A DNA stretch of 24,323 nucleotides from a virus (taxonomy: Duplodnaviria; Heunggongvirae; Uroviricota; Caudoviricetes). Position 1 is the first letter of the stretch. Each line of letters opens with the position of its first letter. The DNA lies in the IMG/VR virus record IMGVR_UViG_2651869755_000001; one strand, written 5' to 3'. The translations under genes and the position numbers were made by a program. Under the pieces are notes generated by a model. It worked only from the letters and a program-made list of their open reading frames with translations, was not told the DNA's origin and did not search any database. Of this stretch, positions 9,609 to 20,426 are shown one piece after another.

Positions 9609-10238
9609 TATCCTCTCTCCATTTCTCAATGCGCCGCTGGTTATCCGCTTTTACCGCCAGATGGTCATTCAAGAGAGCAATGTCATACAAATCGACAGAG
9701 CCATCTTTAAGTGCTGTATAGGGAATTAACCCGGCGTCAACCGGATTGAGAAGGTAGGACAGCCCGTCCGGCAGGCTGTTAAACGTCAGCCCTGTTGCAG
9801 GCTCTGTGTCGTGCTGGTAAGGGGTGTAGGCAAAAAATTTCCCAGCGAATCGGCGACCACCCGCGCCACCAGATGAAGCATGACCAGCAAGTCAATATCA
9901 TCAAACATCAGTTCACCCTGGGTAAATACCGGAACCCATCCGTCCATATGACGCCGCGACACCACCGCAAGACAGGGATGAATAATCGCATCGGTGTCAT
10001 CTTCGGTCAGGGAAGACAGTTCCTCAGCGATACGCGGGAGCATGGTTTCAAACACCGGTTTTAACTGCTCGAATTTCACGGTGTCGATTTTGCCGTCAGC
10101 AGGCAAACGGGAGCGAATGCTCCCGAAATCTGACATCATTCCCGCCAGTACCGGCAGAAGTTTGCGGGTCACTTTCAGCTGGTCAAAAACGCTGAGTTTT
10201 GCCACGCGATATTTCACGCCTTTAATTTCGAATTCCAT
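9598..10238 (-). CDS. predicted chaperone frameshift fusion product (G-T-like, about 213 aa)
   Basis: Zero frame 10238 to about 9841 joined to the -1 frame 9840-9598. The extension was hand-translated with no stops (…NSLPDGLSYLLNPVDAGLIPYTALKDGSVDLYDIALLNDHLAVKADNQRRIEKWREDNER) and fills the otherwise non-coding 156-bp gap before the tape measure. Confidence 0.45.
9786..10238 (-). CDS. tail assembly chaperone (150 aa, zero-frame product)
   Basis: ORF track. ATG start. Lies between the tube and tape measure genes. Confidence 0.6.
   Translation of the reverse strand: MEFEIKGVKYRVAKLSVFDQLKVTRKLLPVLAGMMSDFGSIRSRLPADGKIDTVKFEQLKPVFETMLPRIAEELSSLTEDDTDAIIHPCLAVVSRRHMDGWVPVFTQGELMFDDIDLLVMLHLVARVVADSLGNFLPTPLTSTTQSLQQG
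9837..9843 (-). other. candidate -1 programmed frameshift slippery heptamer G_GGA_AAT in the tail assembly chaperone gene
   Basis: Minus strand reads CTG GGA AAT TTT TTG in the chaperone zero frame. The -1 frame is open from here for about 80 codons to a TGA at 9600-9598. The lambda G/GT site is GGGAAAG. Confidence 0.5.
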
Positions 10239-10241
10239 GCA

Positions 10242-10682
10242 TTAAAACTCCCCGAGAACCTGGTCAATCTTGCCGCAGTCAAACACCCACGGCATCGTAT
10301 TACCGGTTTTAGCGTTGGCGTTATCCGGTTGTTTCTGGAACGCAACACTGCGTGCCGTGATGATGTCGCCGCTGACCTTGTTGCGGATCACGATAACGTT
10401 ATTCCCCCATGTGGCAGAAGACTGGCTCTGTGCGTTATACGCCAGCGACAATTTTTTATTTGTCGGTGATGTCTTCAGAAGGTTAACGGTAATCGTCCCG
10501 CTTTTATCTGCATGGAGGCTGTGCATCACTTCACCATCAGCACCGATGGTCATGGTGTTTTTAGGACCGCCCATCGCAACCACAATCCCCTCTTCAGAAC
10601 TTGCAGAACCGTACCCGAGGTCAATCGAACCGGTCGGGCCGGTCAGCGTCGCAGTGACATCCATAAAAGAATAGGTAGACAT
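10242..10682 (-). CDS. tail tube protein (146 aa)
   Basis: ORF track. Directly downstream of the sheath gene. Size typical of a tube protein. Confidence 0.55.
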   Translation of the reverse strand: MSTYSFMDVTATLTGPTGSIDLGYGSASSEEGIVVAMGGPKNTMTIGADGEVMHSLHADKSGTITVNLLKTSPTNKKLSLAYNAQSQSSATWGNNVIVIRNKVSGDIITARSVAFQKQPDNANAKTGNTMPWVFDCGKIDQVLGEF

Positions 10683-10692
10683 TCACTTCCCC

Positions 10693-11838
10693 TTAGCGAA
10701 CAACGTTAATCTGTACGTCAGCGTAATGAACCGCGCCTGCAAGTTTTATTGCAGCCTGAATCACCGGAGCCTTACGGGCTTCACGTTCTGATTGTGCCTG
10801 TTCATCCAGCGGCTGGGCGTATACGTAATAACCTTTGGGCAGTGTGTCACCTGATGACAACTGACCAAGGTCGCCCCCGTTCCATACGCCCGGAGCAATC
10901 AGTCCATTCTGAACGGCCTGATCCAGTGATTTTTCAACATTTGATAACAGTCGGGTAATACCGGCTTCAGTCTGGGGAACTTTCGTGGTGCTGGTATAAA
11001 GCAGGTTATAGAGGTTGGTCTGCACATAATTCTGTAACCAGTCCAGGCCGTGGCGTTCATCAAAGAAATCGCCGTTAGCCATCACTCCCTGCTGGAGGAT
11101 AGCCGTATCATTCTGGTAGTACACGAATACATTGCAGTTTTTTGCATCAAGTGCCGATGCCTGGCTGACTGTCAGTGTTTCATACCCGACACCCGGCTCC
11201 TGCTTAAACTTGAGCGTAATCGCGGTATTACTGCCATTGAAATTAACCGTGAATACCCGGCCAAATGCAGATAACGCAGCGTATTTATTACCCGAGGAAT
11301 ACTGAATAAAACTGCGTGAATATCCGGCGGTTTTCAGTTTTGATGCCAAATCATCGCTGGATGCAGTCTGCAGGCATTTATCATCGCTTGTCGTAATCGC
11401 CAGAATACGGCTTACAGAAGAGGATTCGATCACCGCAGCCACTTTCAGCCAGTCTGCATCCGGAATATCTTCATCGTCTGCAATCCCCAGCCCATACCAT
11501 GAAGTATAATCGAGCATGGCATTCACAGCCTGCTCCAGCGTCTCAGGCGTGGCCTGTTCGCTGTCTCCCTTCGTTTTCACCCAACGACCAACAAAAACCT
11601 CCTGAGGTTTCGGTGATTGTGAGAAAAACACCTGCGCAGCTTTATATTCTGGTGATTCCACGCCAAAATCTTTTCCAATATCTTCCGCGGCAGAATAACG
11701 ACGAATGCGCTCACTTACCGGAATGATTGTGGACGGGCCGAGAATGAGTAATGCACCAAAATTTCGCCCTGATGCTGCACGCGGCGACATGATCACATCA
11801 ACATTAACAACGTTTGATACAGGCAAGCCCTGTGCCAT
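10693..11838 (-). CDS. tail sheath protein (381 aa)
   Basis: ORF track. Large ORF immediately before the tube gene. Assigned by synteny with contractile tails. Confidence 0.55.
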   Translation of the reverse strand: MAQGLPVSNVVNVDVIMSPRAASGRNFGALLILGPSTIIPVSERIRRYSAAEDIGKDFGVESPEYKAAQVFFSQSPKPQEVFVGRWVKTKGDSEQATPETLEQAVNAMLDYTSWYGLGIADDEDIPDADWLKVAAVIESSSVSRILAITTSDDKCLQTASSDDLASKLKTAGYSRSFIQYSSGNKYAALSAFGRVFTVNFNGSNTAITLKFKQEPGVGYETLTVSQASALDAKNCNVFVYYQNDTAILQQGVMANGDFFDERHGLDWLQNYVQTNLYNLLYTSTTKVPQTEAGITRLLSNVEKSLDQAVQNGLIAPGVWNGGDLGQLSSGDTLPKGYYVYAQPLDEQAQSEREARKAPVIQAAIKLAGAVHYADVQINVVR

Positions 11839-11841
11839 AGC

Positions 11842-12405
11842 TTAATCTCCGAAAAAGGTGACTGGTGCTTCCACCAGCGATTTAATACCGTACTCGCGCA
11901 CAACCTTCCGGCGCAGGTGCACCGTCATATCGTAGCGGCGGACCCATTGCTGATTAATAAGTTCAGGGAAGGGAGTCAGACCTGTGTAATCGCCAAGAGA
12001 CAGCCCCAGCGCATTCAGTGCTGCATTGTTCTGCGGCACAGATATACCGTCACGAAACCGGGACGCATACACCATCCCCGCCGGTCCATAAAACGAAGCC
12101 ATACACTCAATCGTTTCATGCCGCCAGAGCTGAGAGCCATCATCGGTCTGTCTGGTGAATGCCGGACTGTCATCACCTGACCATCCGATAACCCCAAACG
12201 CACACCAGTTCGTTTCAACCGGTAGCAGTGGCGGCTGCTCTTTCTGCCAGCGCGGGCGAACCATCCCGGCAGACAGACCGGAAACGTTACGCATCCACTG
12301 GCTTAACAGCCTGTCGAGCGCTTCGTCATAATCCGGATCGCCACTGGTTGGTATTAACCATCCGCGCTCTGTACTGGTGTTATTGCTCAACCGGAGTTCC
12401 CCCAT
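11842..12405 (-). CDS. head-tail joining or tail completion protein (about 187 aa)
   Basis: ORF track (188 aa from a TTG at 12408). The ATG at 12405-12403 is the more likely start. Synteny only. Confidence 0.4.
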   Translation of the reverse strand: MGELRLSNNTSTERGWLIPTSGDPDYDEALDRLLSQWMRNVSGLSAGMVRPRWQKEQPPLLPVETNWCAFGVIGWSGDDSPAFTRQTDDGSQLWRHETIECMASFYGPAGMVYASRFRDGISVPQNNAALNALGLSLGDYTGLTPFPELINQQWVRRYDMTVHLRRKVVREYGIKSLVEAPVTFFGD

Positions 12406-12769
12406 CAAACGGCATCAACTCACAATGCGCCTGAACGAATCCGGCCCCATAAGCTGTATACGGGTCGACGAAGGTCACACGATAATCACGGCCCTGATAC
12501 GTCACGATATCGGCATCACAGCCAGTCTGTCCCTGCGTCAGTCGCTCAGTCGTCACAATCAGAATTGCACCGCTGATTACCTGCCCTGCCTGCATACGGC
12601 GGTTTTCCAGAGAGCGATCAACAGTTACGACTCCGGCAAACTGCTTTTTAACTTCACTGTCGCTGCCGATCCCGTCCTCATCCACCGTTTGCACTCGGCG
12701 TGTTACCCACAAATTGAAGTCGCAAAAATCGGGGTCAAAAAGCACATCTGTTACATCAAGAGTCGGCAT
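12380..12769 (-). CDS. head-tail joining protein (129 aa)
   Basis: ORF track. ATG start. Overlaps both neighbours in operon fashion. Confidence 0.4.
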   Translation of the reverse strand: MPTLDVTDVLFDPDFCDFNLWVTRRVQTVDEDGIGSDSEVKKQFAGVVTVDRSLENRRMQAGQVISGAILIVTTERLTQGQTGCDADIVTYQGRDYRVTFVDPYTAYGAGFVQAHCELMPFDGGTPVEQ

Positions 12770-13310
12770 CTTTATCCCTCACTACATGGGTAATAGCTCT
12801 GCGATATTGCCCGGTGTCAATTAATGGTTTCGCCAGATCGGTTCCGGGAGATTCGCCAGCAACACGCCGGGAAAGTTCCAGTGTTGCCCCCTTGCGCCCC
12901 CGACGAGCCCGGGCTTCAACAGTGCTGTCAGCAAGCGGCGTAAAGCCGGTAATAGTCATGTAACGCCTGACGCCATTAGCGGCCAGCGTTCCGGCACGGT
13001 TGAGTGCGCGTTCTGCTCCCGCAGCATTACCATCAAGAGCAGCCTGCGCCGCGGTTTTGAGCTGCGGCACCGTCTGCTCTTCTGCCGATTTAACGCCGGG
13101 GATCAGGTGAGGTCGTGGCGGGATGTTCTGCTCTGGTGAGCCGTATTCGTTGAGGTAACCGATGCCCGCATTACCAAACGGAACATCATCCCGCTCGCTG
13201 TCTTCCGAAGGGATGCCGACCAGCACATCTTTTTTGGTTAACGACCTGAGCGCATCCAGAATGGCCTTAGCGTTATCCACCCTCGTTGTTACACCGCTTT
13301 TGAAACTCAT
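12756..13310 (-). CDS. head-tail connector or neck protein (184 aa)
   Basis: ORF track. ATGA overlap with the upstream gene at 13307-13310. Confidence 0.4.
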   Translation of the reverse strand: MSFKSGVTTRVDNAKAILDALRSLTKKDVLVGIPSEDSERDDVPFGNAGIGYLNEYGSPEQNIPPRPHLIPGVKSAEEQTVPQLKTAAQAALDGNAAGAERALNRAGTLAANGVRRYMTITGFTPLADSTVEARARRGRKGATLELSRRVAGESPGTDLAKPLIDTGQYRRAITHVVRDKDADS

Positions 13311-13714
13311 AGCTGGCGACCGCCTGCACCGAACATCGTGATCAACTGATAAAATTCAGCGCCATATCGGGTGTTATTCCAGAAACCTGCATCAGGATTC
13401 AGCGTCGCGCTGGTGTCATAGCTGACGCTTACCTTGTCAACGGACTTTGAGGACTGAACACCATTGGTTGAACCGCCCGGACCACCAGCCAGCATCGCTC
13501 TGCTGTCTGCCGCCCAGAGCGTCATGTAGTGCGCAACGAACAATCCGGCAAAGTACGGAAACAACTTTTTGCCGGTGACGTTTTCACTCAGCAGTTCATC
13601 GGCCAGATTCAGACGAAACTGGATTTGCGCTTCGGGATATTTGGCAGGGTCAGCAAACTGCGGGAAGTCGCGGCGAAAATCACTTACCGCTGGCAGACTT
13701 TGATTCTTTGGCAT
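13307..13714 (-). CDS. head completion protein (135 aa)
   Basis: ORF track. ATG start. Confidence 0.4.
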   Translation of the reverse strand: MPKNQSLPAVSDFRRDFPQFADPAKYPEAQIQFRLNLADELLSENVTGKKLFPYFAGLFVAHYMTLWAADSRAMLAGGPGGSTNGVQSSKSVDKVSVSYDTSATLNPDAGFWNNTRYGAEFYQLITMFGAGGRQL

Positions 13715-13901
13715 TTTTTACCTCGTTACGCGCGTCTGTGGCTTTGCCAACGGATACTTCCGCGTGCGCACGAGTGAACCAGTGCGTGGCAACTTCTTCC
13801 TCCACAGCATGACGGCCTTTAACAAACTCGCGCCGTGAACCGTCGGGAAGCGTGAGCACAAACGGGGTATGTACGTGTATTACTGCATTATTTTTTGCCA
13901 T
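13680..13901 (-). CDS. small hypothetical protein downstream of the capsid gene (73 aa)
   Basis: ORF track. ATG start. Overlaps the next gene by 35 nt. Confidence 0.35.
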   Translation of the reverse strand: MAKNNAVIHVHTPFVLTLPDGSRREFVKGRHAVEEEVATHWFTRAHAEVSVGKATDARNEVKNAKESKSASGK

Positions 13902-13942
13902 CGGGTCATCCTTAATGGCCCCGCCAGGGGGCCATGTGGCTG

Positions 13943-14884
13943 TTAAATGCCATCAACGTACGAAATGGTTTCTTTGTACACTGGCTCAACCGCACCCAGC
14001 TTGCCGTAGTAAGTGACGATCTGATACAGACCGCGATACTGCACCGGCACGCTCTGAAGCGGAACCAGCGGGTAGCGGACGTATTTTTTATCGTTGGTGT
14101 ACGCAACCATGCGATCCTTTTTCCCCACACCACGGCCTTTCAGCCATTTAACCGCGCGGATATTCAGCGGAACACCGTTCTGGTGATAGCTGATGGTGTT
14201 GGTCTGAAGATACGTCAACAGGGACTGGTTACCCGCAGATGAAACGATGATGCTGGACAACAGAGCAAACTGCTCAGGCGGGATCAGCAAATCACGCGGA
14301 ACCACAGAGTAACCGGAAGCGGCCCACGCATCAGACAGCACCTGGTTAATGCTTGCGCGGATTTCGTCCGGTGTTGAGGTTGCCCACGTTTTAGCAGCGT
14401 TGTTGACAGGCACGCCGTCCAGGGTAACAAGGCCTTTCAGGTTTAATGCGGAATCGCCAACATATACCTGTTCATCGTTATCCATCTGCCATTTCAGTTG
14501 CATACCGTCATACTTCTGCGTATCAATCGGGCGGCCGACCTGCTGAGCAGCCTGCAATTCTATGACCGTCCAGCCAAGTTCCATCCCCCACAGGTTCAGC
14601 GGGTTACCGGATTTGCCGATATCCACGTTCACGCCAGCAATAGCGGTTGAGTCTTTGCCTACCCAGTTTTTGCCATTCGGATTTGCACCAGTACCCGCAG
14701 CGGCGAAGCTGGTATTCGTCCAGCTGGAAATGTCATCTGCGATAGAGACATCTTCACGCAACTGAATATCGCGGGTCCAGGTGTACCCCACCAGTGGCAG
14801 GTTCAGCGTCTGGTCGAGTCGCTCCAGCTCCCCGATGAGAAAGGCACCAGAGCTGTCAACGGTTGCCTGATCAAAAGTAATCAT
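13943..14884 (-). CDS. major capsid protein (313 aa)
   Basis: ORF track. Size and position after the protease/scaffold gene match Mu gpT-type capsid proteins. Confidence 0.65.
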   Translation of the reverse strand: MITFDQATVDSSGAFLIGELERLDQTLNLPLVGYTWTRDIQLREDVSIADDISSWTNTSFAAAGTGANPNGKNWVGKDSTAIAGVNVDIGKSGNPLNLWGMELGWTVIELQAAQQVGRPIDTQKYDGMQLKWQMDNDEQVYVGDSALNLKGLVTLDGVPVNNAAKTWATSTPDEIRASINQVLSDAWAASGYSVVPRDLLIPPEQFALLSSIIVSSAGNQSLLTYLQTNTISYHQNGVPLNIRAVKWLKGRGVGKKDRMVAYTNDKKYVRYPLVPLQSVPVQYRGLYQIVTYYGKLGAVEPVYKETISYVDGI

Positions 14885-14895
14885 TCGTCTGTTCC

Positions 14896-15402
14896 TTAAA
14901 TCTTCCAGGAAATTTCTGCATTGCCGTCAGCATCACCGGCACCTGTGAATTCAGCGTTGGTCAGCACCACATTTTTGCCACTGACTGACGTGGACATGAA
15001 TCCACCCAGCGGCACTTTGATGGATTCATCAGTGGAGACGACAACGTATACCGGGTCGCCTTTTTTGATGGTGCTGGCATCAAAATCAGAACCGAGATTA
15101 ACAGTCACGTAGCCACGCTTCATGGCGTCGCCCGGGAAGTTCTTGCCTGTTCCCACCTGGCGAACCATGTCCGGCTGCGACGTGGTCGGATAAGGGCGCA
15201 CGTAGATCCCCTTCACCTTGTCTGCGGTATCACCATCTGCCAGCGGCACGAAAAAACCGTCATCATCGTATTTACCAGCCAGGCCATAGGCAGCGAAGGC
15301 GTTATCGGATTTAAGGACCACCGGTTCGACGGTTAAGTCCTGCGGGCGAGAGATAGCCCCGGCAATGCCAACAGGCATCCGGTACAGAAATACATTATTC
15401 AT
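14896..15402 (-). CDS. head-associated protein, possible decoration or scaffold accessory (168 aa)
   Basis: ORF track. Lies between the protease/scaffold and capsid genes. Confidence 0.4.
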   Translation of the reverse strand: MNNVFLYRMPVGIAGAISRPQDLTVEPVVLKSDNAFAAYGLAGKYDDDGFFVPLADGDTADKVKGIYVRPYPTTSQPDMVRQVGTGKNFPGDAMKRGYVTVNLGSDFDASTIKKGDPVYVVVSTDESIKVPLGGFMSTSVSGKNVVLTNAEFTGAGDADGNAEISWKI

Positions 15403-15405
15403 TTT

Positions 15406-16626
15406 TTACCCTTTACGGTTTGCCCAGAATTCAGCGTTTTGTTTGTTCAGGGAAGCGATACTGGTCATGCCCATGTTTAGGCGCTGTGCATCGCCGGTGG
15501 TGGCGCGGGTGTTTCGCCCTTTGGCAATCTCAGACACGGCATTAAACGCCATGTCGACCGATTGTTTCGGCAATTTGCGGATATCCGCATCACCGACGAT
15601 CTGGCGAACCAGCGTTTTATCTGCGGAAGCCAGAACCTCGCGTTTGAACTCGGTCGGTTTCATCTTACGGCTCAGATCGATACCCGGAACGATAACTTCG
15701 GCACGCCAGGCTGAGTCACCAGTAATCGTGGTTTCCTCTTCATCGTCCTCGCCGTCACCGGTCGGATTATCGTCAGGTTTATTATCGTTATCGCCCGTGG
15801 CATTTCCTTCCAGCTTAGCCAGCAGGGCTTTCAGTAATGTTTTGAGGTCATCATCACTGTCGCCGGTTGGACCTCCACCCATCTCTGGTGCTTTGTCCGG
15901 TAGTGGTTGCTGCGGGGACAGGTTGATGTTGAGATTAACGCCCTGCGGCAAATCTCCCTCATCTCCTGTAACCGATGCGGGAGCCGACTCCACCAGTTCG
16001 TTCATGGTGTCGGCATCTCCTGTCTTGATGGCTGCACGCATGCGGTTCCACCAGTTTTTCTTTTGATTTGCCATTGTGTCTCTGTCTCCAATTGCACAAC
16101 GATTTCCGGCTCTGCCTTTGGGGACAAGAGCCACATGGTTTCCGGTAATATCGACCTGCTCGGCTTTACCTGGCTCGGTCTGCTCGTACTCCGCGTCATA
16201 GCCGCACGACACTTCACGCAGGCCATCTTCGATAAGCTGAATGGCGTTTTCGTCTTTGACGATAAGGTCAGCCAGCATTAAATCAGACTGCTCACCCGTC
16301 CCGCGCCGGACATTCTGGAGGTGCCCGACAGCAAGCTCTTTCCAGTTCTCGGGATTTACCAGCCGCACATTCCCGTTTTCATCTTCAGGATGCAGGATCG
16401 TGATGCTCATCCCTTCGAATGAGGCAAGCGTGGCCGGATGGAATACCTGCTCAGGAGAACGCGTGACGACTATTTCACCGAACTTATCGGGTTTCAGTTT
16501 TGGCAGATCATCAGCACCATAGAGCTGCTTACCTGTTCGTCCTATCGGCACGTCTTTGCACAGCAACGAGCCGTCAGCCAGCTGGTAGCGGGTTTCTCCC
16601 AGCCGGGTATTGAAAAAATATTTCAT
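15406..16626 (-). CDS. prohead protease/scaffold protein (406 aa)
   Basis: ORF track. Position after the portal and F-like genes as for Mu gpI. Contains an acidic Asp/Gly/Glu-rich low-complexity linker in its middle. Confidence 0.5.
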   Translation of the reverse strand: MKYFFNTRLGETRYQLADGSLLCKDVPIGRTGKQLYGADDLPKLKPDKFGEIVVTRSPEQVFHPATLASFEGMSITILHPEDENGNVRLVNPENWKELAVGHLQNVRRGTGEQSDLMLADLIVKDENAIQLIEDGLREVSCGYDAEYEQTEPGKAEQVDITGNHVALVPKGRAGNRCAIGDRDTMANQKKNWWNRMRAAIKTGDADTMNELVESAPASVTGDEGDLPQGVNLNINLSPQQPLPDKAPEMGGGPTGDSDDDLKTLLKALLAKLEGNATGDNDNKPDDNPTGDGEDDEEETTITGDSAWRAEVIVPGIDLSRKMKPTEFKREVLASADKTLVRQIVGDADIRKLPKQSVDMAFNAVSEIAKGRNTRATTGDAQRLNMGMTSIASLNKQNAEFWANRKG

Positions 16627-16640
16627 GGGTTACCTGCGAT

Positions 16641-17414
16641 TCAGGCGGGATAAGATTGGGAGGTGGGAAAAACGATTTCTTTATAACAGCGACAATTCGG
16701 GAGCTCGCCAGCATGACCTGTCATGCCGTCAAGCGTTGGAGGTTTGCCCCATTCGACAAATTTACCTTCCATTTCCTGATGAGAATGCCTGACGTCACCA
16801 TCTTCGGCTGTACGCCAGATATAACCATTCGAACCAATTGACAGCGCACGCGCCTGATCCAGCGCTCCGGTTGCACGTCCAAGTTCAGTACGGGCAATCA
16901 GGTCAGCTCTGGACTTTGCTATATCACCCGATGCGGCTATTTCTTTAGCAAAATGTTCCGCTCTCCCACCGGTAACAACAGCTTCTGTCGCCCGATTCTG
17001 GATGTCGTACACCCTGTCAGCCGCCTCGAGGGGTAGCGATTTGATGTACTTAACCTGTTCAGCAACGATGGATTTCATCACCTGCCCTGGAGGGGCACTG
17101 TTTACCAGATTGCGTAGCTCACGGCTGATGGTTTTGCTGTGTTTACGCCACTGCTCATCATTCTTGCGCACAATGTCGGCGGTAAAGTTTTCCGCGACCT
17201 TTGTCGCCCAGGGGGTGATGATTTCACTGTAGCGTTCCAGCGCCTCAATAATTTCCGTGATACTGTCATTTGAACCATCGTAGCGACCATTTACGATGTC
17301 CCCGACCGCCCGCGCTATCCTGCGTAGACTGGTTCGATACCGGATTTCCGCCTGACGGTTCCTGCGGTTCGTCATCAGGTTCGCCGATGCCGGGCGGCGC
17401 TTCGTCTTCGGCAT
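16641..17414 (-). CDS. head morphogenesis protein, Mu F-like (257 aa)
   Basis: ORF track. ATG at 17414 lies 149 nt inside the portal gene 3' end. Position directly after the portal. Confidence 0.55.
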   Translation of the reverse strand: MPKTKRRPASANLMTNRRNRQAEIRYRTSLRRIARAVGDIVNGRYDGSNDSITEIIEALERYSEIITPWATKVAENFTADIVRKNDEQWRKHSKTISRELRNLVNSAPPGQVMKSIVAEQVKYIKSLPLEAADRVYDIQNRATEAVVTGGRAEHFAKEIAASGDIAKSRADLIARTELGRATGALDQARALSIGSNGYIWRTAEDGDVRHSHQEMEGKFVEWGKPPTLDGMTGHAGELPNCRCYKEIVFPTSQSYPA

Positions 17415-18732
17415 TCTCTATGTCCTCGTCGGTAATGGATGCCCCGATGCCGGTTACGTCAGAATTTTCGCGCAAATCAGTCATAGCGGCTTTCAGTGTC
17501 ATCAGACCATCACCCAGCGCTGTACTGATTGCGTTGGTGGTATTTAGCGCCACCGTTGAACGATCGACATCAGACATTTGCCAGAGCGGGTTAAACTCAA
17601 ACGTGAAATCATCCGGGAGCGGCTTGCCAAGTTCCGAACGATGCATGATGTCCAGTATCCGCCGCACCGGAAGACGTAAACGCCTCTCCTGCAACGAGCT
17701 TACCCGGTCGTAATAGTTGGCAAGGTCTGCATCGCCGGTAGAAAATCCCTTCGGGGACTGTCCGAACAACCGCACCAGTGGGATACCAACAGCGCCACTA
17801 ATCTGTTCTGCAAACTGTGAAAGGATGTCATCCAGACCACTGAAGCTGTACTGATGGGTTTCAAACTTATCCCGCGAGTCCATGAGAGTCATGCCTTCAT
17901 TGCTCTGGAACTGTCGAATCAGGTCAATATTCTTCAGCAACGCTTCATACGCAGGACCACCAAGTGCGATAAGCTCGCGTAGCTTCTCCACGCTGTAGGT
18001 ACGCAAATGCGCTTTGTAGACCAGCTGCGCCGCGCCGACAGTAGCGCTGTCGAACGCAGTAAGACGATCCCAGATACGCTCTACAACCGACATTCCCCAT
18101 TCGTTCTCGGTCATCTTCTGCTGAAATGGCAGCGTGACGCCATCAAAGCGAATCAGGCGACTGTGATGAATGCGCCAGGCAGGAATTCCCGTTGCTGTGG
18201 TCACCACATCGTAAAACTCAGGTTTACCCAGGTCCGGCCCCATATCTTTAATGCGGCGGGTCAGTACCGGGTCGATCATCCAGCGGTCGAGCGGGAGAAT
18301 CCCCTTAAACTTGCCCTTACCGATGGTTTCGGGTCGCAGCGGGGTCATTGGTGCCTGCCCCTCAATCATGATGAAACCCACCGCGCCGCCGTAGAGGCGC
18401 GACCATTTCAGCACGTCATTCAGCGCATCCCAGATTTGCAACTCATCCAGTTGTGATTCGAGAATGCCACGATCTTTTGCATCAATTTCCGAAGTGATGC
18501 GAATGCCTTTGCGGGTCATATCATCCGGGATAGCATCGACTGCTTCGCCGATAATCCAGGATGAACGATAGGACCATTCCACCAGCATGCGGTTACGACT
18601 GGTGAAATTAGCCCGGTAGGTGGATGCTGAGTGCTGGTTAGGTGTCTGCATCCCTACGCGGGCAATAAAATTCTCATAACCATCAGCTGTGGCCTGCGCA
18701 GTTCGCCGCAGGGCTTGTTTGTTTCGTGCCAT
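17266..18732 (-). CDS. portal protein (488 aa)
   Basis: ORF track. ATGA overlap with the large terminase stop at 18732. Size and position typical of portals. Confidence 0.75.
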   Translation of the reverse strand: MARNKQALRRTAQATADGYENFIARVGMQTPNQHSASTYRANFTSRNRMLVEWSYRSSWIIGEAVDAIPDDMTRKGIRITSEIDAKDRGILESQLDELQIWDALNDVLKWSRLYGGAVGFIMIEGQAPMTPLRPETIGKGKFKGILPLDRWMIDPVLTRRIKDMGPDLGKPEFYDVVTTATGIPAWRIHHSRLIRFDGVTLPFQQKMTENEWGMSVVERIWDRLTAFDSATVGAAQLVYKAHLRTYSVEKLRELIALGGPAYEALLKNIDLIRQFQSNEGMTLMDSRDKFETHQYSFSGLDDILSQFAEQISGAVGIPLVRLFGQSPKGFSTGDADLANYYDRVSSLQERRLRLPVRRILDIMHRSELGKPLPDDFTFEFNPLWQMSDVDRSTVALNTTNAISTALGDGLMTLKAAMTDLRENSDVTGIGASITDEDIENAEDEAPPGIGEPDDEPQEPSGGNPVSNQSTQDSAGGRGHRKWSLRWFK

Positions 18733-20354
18733 CAGGCCTGTCTCCCTAGCAGCTCCCAGATGTTCAGGGCTGAATTCATTGGGGCATAGTTGATCATCAC
18801 CGAGTCGGCAAGGTTTGGCGATCGGGTTCCATCAGGCTGTTTATCAATAACGATTTTTCCCACACCATTAATGGAATAGGTCGGCTGCGAAAGCTCGATG
18901 ATGAGTTTATCTTTGAGTGCCATGCTACTGCTGATTGAGATGATTTCGTCCGGGTTGTAAGCCATACCTTCAACCACGGCGCGCCAGGTATTCTGAAAAA
19001 GTTTACGTAACCGCCACCAGCTCTGGGCTTTGGCGTTAGCGAAGAAGTCCTTGTTCAGACGTGCGGCTTGCCCGTTGTCCCCGCGAACAGCTTCATCATC
19101 CGGATCAAATACCGCGCCACTACCTCGAAACGGTGTGGCAAGTATTGACGGTCGACGCGCAGCGTTACGCAGTTCGTTGATAGCGCGTGCATCGCCGCGA
19201 ACGCCAGCGCCCAGCCCGTCCTCGTCAAAGCGAAACTCATCAAGATTGTCCTGTTCGCAAAAGCCGAAGACCTTCTCGACGGACTGATAAATGTCGCTGC
19301 CCACCCCGGACCATTCCCGCACATTCTCCAGGAGGAAGCCATGACGGGTGGAAAAGGCATTTTTGTCCCTGCCTTCGTCGGCGACATCCATCGCGCCAAG
19401 TCGTTTGCCTGTTGGCTGGATACCCAGTTTGATATGCGCATCAACGGCAGCCTGTACCCATTCGGATGGAATCAGGACGCCTTCCGCTGATGCGCTGTAG
19501 TTCAGATCAAGTTCCTGTGCCACCACCACCGGATTATCGATTTTCTCGCATTCCCTGCGATACCACTCTTCATCCTTGCGAGGATCATCCCGCCAGTGGA
19601 ATGTGAATACCGGTATCTTCCCGCCATGACGCTTCTGAGCGAACGGGTTAGCCATGCCGTTAACTGAACTCAGGTCAATACGGCAACGCGTCGTTTGTGA
19701 CAACGCCGCATCAATCAGCAGAGGACGCTGAAGGAATGCAGCCTCATCAACCAGATAAAGCGTGGTACGGTCACCACGACCAATATTATCGCCAGCCTCG
19801 CCTTTGATAACGGCACCAGTTTCAGGAAACTCAACACGCATATATGGCGCGTGCTTCTTCTCGCTCCACGAACCGCGAAACTCTACAGGTAGTGTTTCCA
19901 CGAACTTGCGCGCCTTCCAGAACAATGCTTTCGGGTCACCGGTGCTGTCGACGTATTCCTCTTTACGGGAGCCGAAACCGATAACCATTTCTTTGTTGAA
20001 GAGACAAAGCGAGCAGGCCAGTCCGATCGCGGTCCAACTGAGCCCCATTTCACGGGATTTTTCGGTAATACCATTCTCCCGATTGCCCCAGCGTTCCATA
20101 ATCCAGTGGATCCACTCCTCCTGTTTAGGGAAGAGTAAAAACGGAATGGTCACCGGCAGGCCATAATCAATATTACGCGGGTCTGTTGTCATGCCCCAGT
20201 CGATGATGAACTGAGCCGGGTTGGTACGGTAAAACTGCTTCAATACGGGCAATATTTCAGGATTCTGGCGAATGCGCTGTAGGCGTTCCATCCGCCATTC
20301 AAAAACCATCTGGTAATCAGGATGTTTAAAATCGAAGGGAAATGGTAACGGCAT
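18732..20354 (-). CDS. terminase large subunit (540 aa)
   Basis: ORF track. ATG at 20354-20352. Walker B-like LYLVDEAAF. Size and position between terS and portal. Confidence 0.8.
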   Translation of the reverse strand: MPLPFPFDFKHPDYQMVFEWRMERLQRIRQNPEILPVLKQFYRTNPAQFIIDWGMTTDPRNIDYGLPVTIPFLLFPKQEEWIHWIMERWGNRENGITEKSREMGLSWTAIGLACSLCLFNKEMVIGFGSRKEEYVDSTGDPKALFWKARKFVETLPVEFRGSWSEKKHAPYMRVEFPETGAVIKGEAGDNIGRGDRTTLYLVDEAAFLQRPLLIDAALSQTTRCRIDLSSVNGMANPFAQKRHGGKIPVFTFHWRDDPRKDEEWYRRECEKIDNPVVVAQELDLNYSASAEGVLIPSEWVQAAVDAHIKLGIQPTGKRLGAMDVADEGRDKNAFSTRHGFLLENVREWSGVGSDIYQSVEKVFGFCEQDNLDEFRFDEDGLGAGVRGDARAINELRNAARRPSILATPFRGSGAVFDPDDEAVRGDNGQAARLNKDFFANAKAQSWWRLRKLFQNTWRAVVEGMAYNPDEIISISSSMALKDKLIIELSQPTYSINGVGKIVIDKQPDGTRSPNLADSVMINYAPMNSALNIWELLGRQA

Positions 20355-20369
20355 ACCTAGCCCTAACTG

Positions 20370-20398
20370 TTGAAGTTATTATAAACTGGAAGCATATT
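20370..20398 (+). promoter_or_regulatory. candidate sigma70 promoter for the plus-strand small gene
   Basis: TTGAAG (20370-20375), 17-nt spacer, CATATT (20393-20398), about 28 nt upstream of the ATG. Weak matches, read by eye. Confidence 0.3.
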
Positions 20399-20426
20399 AC
20401 TTATGTTTATTTGAAAAGGAGATTTT

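Noticed and set aside
9609-9629. Tape measure start at the TTG given by the ORF track (9629)
   Set aside because: The in-frame ATG at 9608 has a strong GGAGAGAGG site at proper spacing; the TTG extension has none and would overlap the frameshift extension further.
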